DNA of 63,026 nucleotides, the filler included, from Pelomyxa schiedti (lineage: Eukaryota; Protista; Evosea), in NCBI GenBank assembly GCA_020536535.1. It is 10 parts of 10 records of this genome, joined end to end, with 100 filler letters (N's around TTAATTAATTAA, not from the genome) between each part and the next. Parts side by side here need not be neighbours in the genome. Positions count along the whole stretch, not along the records: positions 22,783 to 27,649 come from JAHLWZ010001550.1; positions 27,750 to 28,943 come from JAHLWZ010002714.1; positions 29,044 to 32,260 come from JAHLWZ010001793.1; positions 32,361 to 44,689 come from JAHLWZ010001217.1; 6 more parts are not named here. One strand, written 5' to 3'. Made by a program: the position numbers and the translations under genes. Position 1 is the stretch's first letter; each line of letters opens with the position of its first letter. Shown one piece after another: positions 23,001 to 33,400 of this stretch. The notes under the pieces were generated by a model. The model was not told the origin of the DNA, searched no databases, and saw only the letters and a list, made by a program, of their open reading frames with translations.

Positions 23001-24096
23001 TCAGGACAAGGAACAGTGCTCAGCGGATTTCTTCTTGTGCTTGGAAGAGTTCTCTGGCAAGCAATTGGCAAGCATTACAAGGTCATGGTATGCACTGGAT
23101 ATCATCGCATTCCAGCACTCTTGCACACCTTGGCATGTTGAACAGGACACCTAGAGCCTGTGATTCACAAGGCTGAATGTTTGTAGCTCTTACCTCGAAG
23201 TATGGAACACCACCAAATTGAGAGCAGAGTGCCTGTATCTCCTCAGGTGTAACTTCTCGTGCCAAATCACTCTTGTTTCCAACAATAAACACCTTGGGCA
23301 GAATGTCACCTTGCTCGGCGGAAGTGTGCCCCCTGATGTGCGCAATCCAATCACGAACAAAATCAAAAGTTACATGATCGCTGACGTCAAAGAGAACAAA
23401 GAACCCTATTGAAAGTTTAGGTGCAAGCTTACCAGAGGGGAACATACATACCAGCACACTTTTCGTGCCAACCAGCAGCCACACCTTGACATTTGTCCTC
23501 CCCATTCGAGTCCCACATCTGATGTTTTTTTCTTTGGAACAAAAAACACATAGGAACTGGAACTACACCTTTGTTTTCAAAACTGAGTGCTTGCCCTTCT
23601 CCACCAAGTCAAATGTTCCGTGATAGAACAAGTCCTGGTCGCACTCCAATTCCTTTGCACCTTTTGTGTTTTAGTGGCTCTGGCACACAACGTTATTTCA
23701 GGGAGACAACCAACCCAAGCCATTCGCCACACGCGACGCCAGCCCGACACATAGCCTCCTGAACGAACTCCTTCCCACCCCATGCTCCCCCAGTGTCCCA
23801 ACAGCCACCGTCCACTCCCACTCCCACTCTCCTCCACCACCACCACTCCCATTTCCCTCCTCCTCGTCGCCCCCACCCCCACCACTACCACCACCAACAG
23901 GAACAACAGCAGCAGCAGCATTAGTAGTGGCAGTTGTGTCATTACTACCGGTCGTTGTTGATGCTCTCATCCGTGTACGTGAGGCCTCGATGAGCCTCTC
24001 GTACCGAGCCCACTGCTTGTCCGTTATCGTGCTTATGGGTGTCGATGGTGGTGGTGCCGACGTTAACGACGTCGCCGTCGGGGTCGACGAAGCCAT
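23001..24096 (-). CDS. Divergent Ras-superfamily small GTPase with low-complexity N-terminus and CaaX-like end
   Basis: G1-like VAVGTLGEHGVGRSSF, G3-like MWDSNGR, FFVLFDVSDHVTFDFVRDW, G4 VFIVGNKSDL, and C-terminal KHKKKSAEHCSLS* across spliced exons. Confidence 0.75.
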
Positions 24097-24139
24097 TTCC
24101 TTAGCAGAAAAAAAAACGGAGGAGAGGGGCACGAATTTG

Positions 24140-25787
24140 TCAGTGACTATTTTCAGGACTGAGGAGGAGAGGGGCGAGGGCGGCGGTGTCGCATGAGAGG
24201 ACCCTGGTGCGGAGGGACCCGCCATTGGTGAGTGACACGCAGGGGAACAGCGGGGTGCCTCGCGGAGGGAGCTGCTCGCTCGTGAACCCGACGCCAGAGG
24301 CCTCAAATGCCCCATTGGCACCAAACCACACGGCACGGCGCGCGCTGGCCAGATCCACAACCACTTGCACGGTGTCTCCTTCGTTGTTGAATGATGCGTG
24401 TTTCGCTCCATAGGGGCCATTGTCTCTCTGCGTGTTGGTGCAGAGGTAGCCATATTCTGATGAGAACGCGAAGGCGCCTGGTTGCCTGCCCATCCACTGG
24501 TTGCAGTTAATGTGCGCTGTTGCAACTCCAACCCACATCATGTTGCAGGGTGCAATCACTTCGAACTCCCAGCAGTGTATCCCATCCACAAAGCCAGTGG
24601 AGCCCAGACAACATTCGTGGCTGTTTTTCTCCAATGGGAGTTCTGTTCTCTCTGATGTGACCACTTGTAGCGTGCTATCCACTTTCATTGAAGAGCCCAT
24701 GTGAGAGGGGTCCCACAAAAAGGGAACTGATCTTGTAGCATCAAGTGTTGGTTCGCGGTGAATGGCGGCCGTCAGTGTTACAAGAAATTTCAATGCCTGT
24801 AGTGTAATTGAGGGAGGGAGCTCCGTTTCAAGTTCCAATAATCCAGTGCCAAGGGATTCCCAGTGCACCTTTTTTAGCAATTTCATCCCTTGTGTGTTAT
24901 CTGTCATGTCTTTTGTAACTTTCAAAACATGCCCCGCAACAACCCGTTCAGGAACATCGCTGAACTCTGTTGTACAACATTACTTTGAGTTTAAGATGGA
25001 AAGGGTTTTACGTTCTGAATCCAACAAGTACTCCAGCAAGTCTGGGTCAGAAATTGACTCCAACAGTTCCCCACACATTTCTGCTTTTCTTATAAAACCA
25101 AGGCAGAAGAACTACGAGAAATTAGGAACTTACACTTTGGAAAGAAAAAGTCAAACCTTGAGAGTGTCAAACCTCCATGAATGTGCCAGATTAAGAAGAA
25201 GAAAAACGGTCGACTTGGTCATACATGTTAGTGATGACCTTGCACACTTGGAAAAAAGCTCTGGAATGAGCCACATCCTAGCCAAAGCACAGACCTGAAG
25301 CAACACTGATGGGTCATTGGGAACTGCTGCGTGGCCAAACATGAGCCACCCAAGTGTAAGCCTCACAGCCTCAGCCCCAATCCCTGGATCCACCTTAATT
25401 GTATACATTGGCTTTTCCCTTAAAGTGGGGGCAACGTCAAGTTTAGATTCCACTGGAACGTGGAGAAATAAGTTAGGCCAGTAGAATAACAGAACGTGGT
25501 CCTGCACCTGGTGGGGGACTGGGAATCTTCCCGAAAAACAGAGCCATGAATACTTCATTCCTCGCAGCAAGTAGTTCCTTGCACACTCCCACAACGCAAA
25601 CAGCTCCTTCACTGTCACACTCGCAGGTCTTCATACCAGTAGAGGCTTCGGTCTTAGCTACTGACGATGGCAACTCCGCGGACTCCACAACAAGTATCGC
25701 ATTGCACAACGGAGAGGGCGGATCCAAGTTCCCGAACGCATGTGTTAAATCTGATGTAAACGCGCCATCCTTTAGGTCCTTTGCCAT
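24140..25787 (-). CDS. BTB/POZ plus SPRY (B30.2) domain protein
   Basis: BTB-like VCKELLAARNEVFMALF...AVRLTLGWLMFG...LLQVCALARMWLIPELFSKC. SPRY-like GFVDGIHCWEFEV...MWVGVA...GDTVQVVVDL...LFPCVSL. Confidence 0.8.
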
Positions 25788-25962
25788 CGTCTCTTTAGTA
25801 TTTGAATTGTCTGTAGAAGCACACCATCATCAAAGCTTGCAGTCCTATGGTGCTTCCGAGTGGTGACCACACTCCCTCTGTTGTCTGTATTGCCAAACCG
25901 GTTGAAATGAGGCCGGGTTTCAACACAGAGGGTGTTTCTGATATCGGAGCTTCACAGACAAA

Positions 25963-27649
25963 ATGAAAGGAAAGAAGACCACAGGCGCGCGGCCGCATGC
26001 GGACAGCCACAACCAGCGAGGATCGTCGTCGTCGTCGTCGTCACGGGGGGGTGCGTTAGGGCACGTGCGGTCGTGTGCGAACAACTTCTGGCTGGTGGCG
26101 GCTGCAATTTTGATGGCCGAGGTCGTGGGAGTCGTGGCAATTATCCTGTTCAGGCCTTGTGTGTAGTCGTCCCCATCCCGCCCCCTTTTTTTTGTTTGTT
26201 TTTTATTTTTTTCTTATGCACCCACTTTTTTTCTTATTCCTCCTATGGAAAGACACTGAAATTGACTGGATTGCTTACATGCAAGAAGTGGAAGGTTTCT
26301 TGGGAGGTGAGAGAGACTACACCATGATGAAAGGTTTCCACCTCCACACTTGCCGCTTTGAAATTGGCAAATTGAACACTTATTCGAAATCAATAGGTGA
26401 CACTGGCCCTCTTGTGTACCCAGCAGGGTTTGTTTATTTATTTAGTGCACTATTCCATGTGACCGGCAATGGGAAAGATATTTTCCTGGCACAATGCATA
26501 TGGGCATGCCTCTTTGTTTACACACTCTGTGTTGTTCTCGCTATTTTAAAGAAATCAGAAAAAAAGGTGACCCATCTGACACCAAGACCAACAAATGTGA
26601 TATTATGTATTAGGTTCCTGCCTGGGCTATGCTTCTGCTTTGCATTTCTTTAAGGATTCATTCGATTTTTGTTTTGCGGCTATTTAATGACTGTTTTGCT
26701 ATGGCTCTGTTGTATACCTCCATACTGCTCTTCCTTTGTGACTGGTGGTCTGTTGGCTGTGCGGTTTTCAGGTACAGTCTCTAGTGTTACATTCTGTACT
26801 TACCACAACAGTTTTGCTGTGTCCATCAAGATGAATGTGCTCCTCTATGCTCCCGGCTTGCTCACTCTACTTCTGCAGCGTTTTGGGATGTTTTGGACTC
26901 CATTTTATCTTGCCATTTGCGGATTTATCCAAGTAAAAGCACTAACAAAATCCATACAAGACTTAAGGCGTAAAAACAAATCCTAGTTGGCATTAGGCCT
27001 GCCGTTTTTGATACCGTATCCGTTCCAGTATATAAAGATGGCATTTGATCTTGGTAAGCTTACACAATTTGTGCTCTCTGTTAACTTCTTTCACAGGAAG
27101 AGTCTTCTTATACAAGTGGACTGTAAACTGGAAATTCATTCCAGAAGAGATCTTTATCAGCAAGCAACTTGCCCTTTTACTTTTATCTGCTCAGATGATC
27201 TTGTTACTTCTCTTTGCATTCAAGCGGTGGAGGCATTTGGCAGTATTTTCCAAGATAGGCAAAGTAAATAGACTCGCTCCCGACCGTACTTTTCCCCACA
27301 GTACCACCGCAAACTACTGATGTACCTTCAGACATTCTCCGCGTATTGTTTACAAGCAACTTCATTGGAATTGTATGTGCTCGCAGCCTTCACTTCCAAT
27401 TCTATGTATGGTACTTCCACACCCTGGTTTACCTTGCATGGATGACACCGTACCCAAATCTTCTTAGGTTTGTATACCCACCAACCAAATAAAATTGCCA
27501 ATCCACTCACTCTTCCCCCAGGATTGCACTGCTCTGTGCCATTGATGGGGTTTGGTCCTATGTGTTCCCCTCCAATGCCTACAGCTCTGCTGTTCTTCTG
27601 CTATGTCACATCACCCTCCTCGTTGGTGTATTCTTGTCACCATACTGGC
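25963..27649 (+). CDS. ALG3: Dol-P-Man:Man5GlcNAc2-PP-Dol alpha-1,3-mannosyltransferase (3' truncated)
   Basis: [72 protein letters not shown]. Confidence 0.95.
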
Positions 27650-27749
27650 NNNNNNNNNNNNNNNNNNNNNNNNNNNNNNNNNNNNNNNNNNNNTTAATTA
27701 ATTAANNNNNNNNNNNNNNNNNNNNNNNNNNNNNNNNNNNNNNNNNNNN

Positions 27750-28356
27750 CCTGCTTCCAGGACCCACTGTGGTTTCCACAGGGTCCACACAGGTTTTTAA
27801 GGCATCTCTATTCAACGGTGTGTTGATTGTTACTGAGAGAACCCAAGAAGAAGATCCTTTGGGTGCCAACATATCTCGCATCGACCTTGCAGCAACATAT
27901 AGCACCCGCTCCCTTGTGATCGCCCGAGTCATTGAAGCTCCTGATGATTTCCAGCTTCCTTCATCAAAAGGGACCACTTGGTCCATGCACACCTCCCCCA
28001 GATGCGAGTACACACTTGAGGACACATCAACAGGGCAGCTGCACACCTTTCCGATTCCCTCAGTTGTGTCCCACATTGGTGGTGACTATCTCGCCGTATA
28101 CCCTAACACATTCCTGGTCACTATATGGGCCCACAATGTCGAAATATACCACCTTCCAGGCCTCACAACACCCTGCGCCACATTCCATTCTGATGGCCTG
28201 TTGAAAGTCACCCGCACCGGGGTTGTTGTCACCGAAGTCACACACAGGGAATCACCTGGTGATGGCCCAACCCTCCTCATATCACTCAGTGATGCATACT
28301 CTGGTACTTGCCTTGCAACTCTGACTGCTCCTAACCTTGTTTCCAAGGGCTATTAG
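27750..28356 (+). CDS. Second copy (3' part) of the 9936-11111 hypothetical gene
   Basis: Reverse complement of about 9936-10540; 17 substitutions in about 605 nt by manual comparison, giving 8 amino-acid changes. Confidence 0.9.
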
Positions 28357-28417
28357 GCCACCCTCGCGTCTTTGCTTTCTGCGAAAATGGCCAATCATTT
28401 TTGTTTGTACGAAAACA

Positions 28418-28943
28418 ATGAGTAGTCCTACGGCGCAACAACAACAAAAACAATCGGCTGCAGCGACTGCGACTAGCACCACGACCACGAGCAGTATTAT
28501 GGGCCGGGGTGTACCAGTACGAGTACTAGTACTTCACGGCGTGGTGGAAATGAAAATGAAACGTACGGTTGTGGTTGTGGTTGTGGTGAGCAGCCAAAAT
28601 CACGTCCGGCTGGGCTTCAGGTTTTTTAACATTACTTCATATGTGATATGTGATATGTGATATGCGATATGCGATATGTGATATGTGATATGTGATATGT
28701 GAGTAGAATTGTGGTTTCTAGGTGGATAAAAGAAGCAATCTTATTGCAAGTTCATTGAGTATGAGGGATGCTCTAGTAAACGATCCTCTGGTTGGCTCCA
28801 TCACCAGCTCAAAATTGGGTGAGTAACTCCTTTGATTTCAACAATTGAAAAATGACACGCGGTCAACATACAGTTACTTGCTCTCTTGAATGTAAGAATA
28901 AAGCGACTGTGACCTGTCTGAACTGTGGATGTGATATGTGTTC
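28418..28943 (+). pseudogene. Second copy of the B-box gene 5' part, with a 13-bp deletion in exon 1
   Basis: Matches the reverse complement of about 9130-9789 but lacks gttgtagttgtga after acgagcagta (near 28495). The intronic microsatellite is shorter (about 28639-28702). Confidence 0.7.
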
Positions 28944-29489
28944 NNNNNNNNNNNNNNNNNNNNNNNNNNNNNNNNNNNNNNNNNNNNTTAATTAATTAAN
29001 NNNNNNNNNNNNNNNNNNNNNNNNNNNNNNNNNNNNNNNNNNNCCCTGATTCCAAAGTGTGTGCAAGTTCCCCAATTTGGATGGGATTGGGGAGATTTAA
29101 CACAATTTGTATGAACATTGGAGAGCTGAATTTGTACCCAAATTGGTACTTGAAACCCAAAGTGGGGATGTCTCCATCCCACTAAGTCAGACTCAGAAGT
29201 CAATTAGCTCCATGACAGGTAAATGCTAACACTGTCCCCACCCTTTTCTGCATTTCTGGCACTTGTGACCTCCTTCTGGTTGGTGGCTTCTTCTTCTTTT
29301 TTCTTGAGTTTTTCCACAGGTTCAAGATATTTAGGTGTAGGCCAACCTGCCTGCTCAATCTATGACCAAGGTACATTCCCTTTTTAACACAGGACCCTGG
29401 ATGCCAGAAGGGATGATGAACAGAGTGCAATGCCAGGCTTTACTTCCACCTCCACCCACTTCACCTCAGCACTAACAGCCCTTGCCCTT

Positions 29490-29565
29490 GCTCTCGCTCT
29501 CTCTCGTCTCTCACTCACTCACTCTCGCTCTCTTGTCTCTCGCTCGCTCTCTCGCTCTCACTCCT
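29490..29565. repeat. CT-rich microsatellite
   Basis: (CT)/(CTCG)/(CACT) low-complexity run. Confidence 0.8.
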
Positions 29566-31500
29566 ACACACCCCACCCCACACTGGGCTCCTGCACTCCA
29601 CACTTCCATTCCTGGCCTGAAGTTGGTTTTCCACTTCAGGCAAAAGAAAAATTATTTGCTTTCATAAAGTACATGGGGCAGAGGGGCTGGAACAGGGACC
29701 ACTGTGTGTCCACATTGGGAGCTCCCACATCAAGCCTGTTGTGATTTTACCCCACCTTCTCCACTTGGGTAGTGTTTTTTCACATTTTGAGACCACCCTT
29801 TGGGAACAGCTTGGAACCCACTCTGGGTGTGATTCGAAATCACAGTGGTGATGTGAGATTGTAAATTGAATGAGTTTTACTACAAAAACAGTGTGACACA
29901 GGTACCTGGTGGATGCCAAACACAGGTGTTTTCTTGATCTTTTTTGCAGTTTTACAAGCGCTGGTGCAAGGCATGTCATCACAAACCACAATTTCCCGTT
30001 CTTAATCTCCTTTTGGAGAACCTCGACTCCACGAGCTGCAACAAGCAGGACACTGGGGCTTGCAGGATGCAACGGGAGGGAGAAGGAGAAGACGACGACG
30101 CAGCAGCGCAAGATGTCGGACAGAACACCCAACAGCCACCCGAGAACGACGAGGCAACCGCGGTGGAGGACAAGGTTAGGGGAGGCGGCAACGAGAGCGA
30201 ACACCGTTCCTGTGTGCCTCAATGCCCTCGAAGTTATACAATACGCTGCCTGGGTCGATCAGATCTCTTCTTAACCAGTGCAGAAATGAGAGCAGTGACA
30301 GAAACCAGAGGGCCATCTGGTGTAATGCAATGAAGAACAATCGACAAAAAATGAAGCACATGGTGAACTAATTAGAGATTGGCCCACTAAAACTTCAATA
30401 GCTCACAACACAGGTAAATAGTGCAAGAGTTAATGGTACCCACAGCCCTGTAGTACAGGTGCCATCAAATGAGAGCATGGTACTGTACATGTTTAAACTT
30501 CTGTTTACTTTCACTAGGCAAACACAAAACCTGCACTACACAGACCAATACGCTGCCAGCAGGAGACCTTAAATGAATTTGAAGACTCTCCTTGCCAAGC
30601 CGTCGTTGCCATAGATTGCCGTGTGTACTAGATGACCCTCTTTCTTTCTAACGTTGCTGAAAGACACTGTAAGTTCCGAACACCTTGCACGTAAGAGTCT
30701 TGGCCTCTGGCACAACCTCCTGTATATTGTGTGGAAACAAAGCCCAGATCCAAAATTTTACCTTCTACCCTGTTGTGACCGAATTTCACGTGTATATTTT
30801 CATGTTATGTTATTATTTCTACCAAACTATGAGTCTAATTTATTATTGCAGCACTGAGTACACCAACAGTGGGGAGGATGTAGAATTGTTATTGGCTGGA
30901 TTACTTTGTAAGATAAGCCCATCTGCACTGTTTCTGATGTCAAAAGACCCTCACTCTTGGTGCCACCGTCACTCTGTGTGTTAGTCCCTTCACTTTCTTA
31001 TTCAATGTAATTAATATGTCACAGATAACTGTCATTGATCCCGACTCCCCCGTTATTCCCCACTGGGCCTTTGCCGAACTTGAACAAATCCCTAATCACC
31101 CCGTGCATTGTCATTCTCAAGGTATATGTTTTTTTCCCAACACCTCCCTCACTTATGTACAGAAACGATAGAGTGTGGGTGCTTACATTTGTTAGGGACC
31201 ACTTTCCAGGCTGACAGGATCCCCCACCTGGCTCATTGTCACCAGAACCACAGAAGTGTTTTTTGAACTATGGTACAAAAGAAACATGACAAACCCCGCT
31301 CTGAGAAAGCACCCTGTGTTCAAGAAAACCAAACAAAAGAAAAATACAGTCACTGGTTTTTTGAGGAAATTCCTGCCTGCAGAAATCAATCTTCAAACTG
31401 TTTCCGTGGTGAAGGTGGCAACCTTGCAAGGGTGTCGGTGACACTGCTGGTGGTTGTTGTTGTTGCTGTTGGTTGCAACGGAGCAGGGAATGGGTGATGG

Positions 31501-31650
31501 TGTGTGTGGGTCACACTACTTGGGATGGCGTGCGTGGCAGGGAGCCTCATCAAGGCCATGCAGTGGCTGCACTGATCGGGATTCCTGACCTCGCGAGCCT
31601 CCCGCAAGGCCATCCACGTGCTCACTGGGCCCACCTACCTGCTGTGCTGC
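31501..31650 (+). pseudogene. Phytol/farnesol kinase (CTP-dependent, VTE5/FOLK-like) N-terminal fragment
   Basis: WVTLLGMACVAGSLIKAMQWLH*SGFLTSRASRKAIHVLTGPTYLLC matches the family SRKxxHxxxGP motif. In-frame TGA at 31573-31575; no downstream exons seen. Confidence 0.6.
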
Positions 31651-32360
31651 GTGCTCCGCTGCCTTGAATGTCAACAGGAACGAGAACTGGTCTGTGGTGG
31701 TTGCTGGTGCCTGGTCAGTGACAACAAGTCAGGCACTGTGCGGCCCTGCAGGGCCATAATTGAATGACAGGCCAAATGAGTTGACTCCACGCTTGCTGAG
31801 TGATGGGAATGTGATTGGGTAGTAGTCTCCACCTGAACTTGATGCTGAATCAAGAACCATTCCCATGAGCACCCTGAAGTCAAATGGGGTCCAGTTTGGC
31901 AATTTGGGCCCAAATTGTGGGTTTTGCCCAAATTGGGCACACTTTGGGCACCTCCACCTTGCTGCTTCCTTGTTCCAGATTGGAGACGTCCTGCTTTTGG
32001 GCTCCAATTTGGGGAGAAGAAAAAACGCAAAGTCGATAGGTAATTAGTAAGGTGGTTCCCAACAGCCAGAAATTCAGCAACGTGTTGCACCTTAGAAGGC
32101 ACACTAAGTTGAGTTCCTCAATTTACCCCCTCTTTCTTCCTCACGTTTTCCACAGACTTAAGCCGACACTTTGGAAATTGTTCCAGACCGACTCCAAATT
32201 TGGTTTGTGCCCCACTCTAGCCTTCCCTGATCCCGCTAACATGCCGGCAGATACCCGGAANNNNNNNNNNNNNNNNNNNNNNNNNNNNNNNNNNNNNNNN
32301 NNNNTTAATTAATTAANNNNNNNNNNNNNNNNNNNNNNNNNNNNNNNNNNNNNNNNNNNN

Positions 32361-32600
32361 GCCCTCCTCTTAGAGTATGCCAGCATCCGCGATGTCCATA
32401 GGTACACAGGGCACCACGCAGGCATCTCCGTGACACTCATCAGCAACGGAGACAATCCAAAAATCACCAGCAGTGAACCATACCCGATCTTAGCACCATT
32501 CAGGCTCAACACATACCTCCTGGTTCCTGTCAATTTTGTTAGTACGTTCAGTGTGCGAATCCAACTTCACACAGTACAATAAACACCTCACACACACACA

Positions 32601-32636
<36 letters not shown>

Positions 32637-32987
32637 CACACACCTACCTTCCAAACAGTAAGCGCATATGATCCCCAGCAACAGAGCTGTGCCGCCTCCG
32701 GGGAGGTCGTCGTCGGAGCCCGTTTGGACCATGGCCGGGGTCGACGCGGCGCCGCACCGCGCGTGGGACGACGCGCACAGGGCGCGGAGCTGGTCGCGGG
32801 CACGCAGGGCCACGTGGCAGGCGACGACTCGGCGGCTGTGGTCGCCGTTGCTGCTGGGGTGGCGGTTCTCCCACCCTGCCTTCACGTTGGTGGGTCCAAA
32901 CTGCGGCACTACTGCTACCACCGCCGACCCCGAGCGCGTGGTGGTAGTTTCTTGCGACGAGGGGCATGGTGAGGATGTTGCCAACAT
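32361..32987 (-). CDS. Hypothetical protein (ARxQ-motif family, member 3), truncated at contig end
   Basis: Exon 1 ...ARDQLRALCASSHARCGAASTPA...AYCLE, an intron containing a (GCGT)n repeat, and exon 2 GTRRYVLSLNGAKIGYGSLLVIFGLSPLLMSVTE. Splice phase is consistent. Confidence 0.7.
32588..32643. repeat. (CA)n/(CACG)n microsatellite inside an intron
   Basis: cacacacacacgcacgcacgcacg... read directly. Confidence 0.95.
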
Positions 32988-33400
32988 CGTAGGTGGTTTT
33001 CTGTTCTAGGAGTAGAAAACGAAGATGTTTCGAGGAATTGGGTATGGAAGGAGCCCTGCTGGGATGTTTTTTAGTGGTTCTTCTCGTTTTGTTGAGGGTG
33101 TGTTATCAGGTACTTGTTGACCCATAACTGTGTTTCCTGGGAGGGGAAGTGGAGGTCAGGTGTCGCATGTATCAAGTGCGTGATGTGTTGGTGTGTGAGC
33201 CCAAGATTCCTCCGCACATATTCAATGTGAACAGGTGATGACAGTGTGAAAGCAGCCAACTTTAGGCATGCAATGTCAGCTGTTATTTCTGGGAACACCC
33301 TGAGAAGCATCTTACACATTGCAAGTGACACAGTGCAGCCACATACCTTTTTTTTGGTGGTTGTTATGGGATTAGTGATGAACTGTTTAACAACCCAGTT

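Noticed and set aside
30067-31441. Multi-exon gene or pseudogene on the + strand
   Set aside because: Short open segments with plausible splice sites, but no coherent model or family could be assigned.
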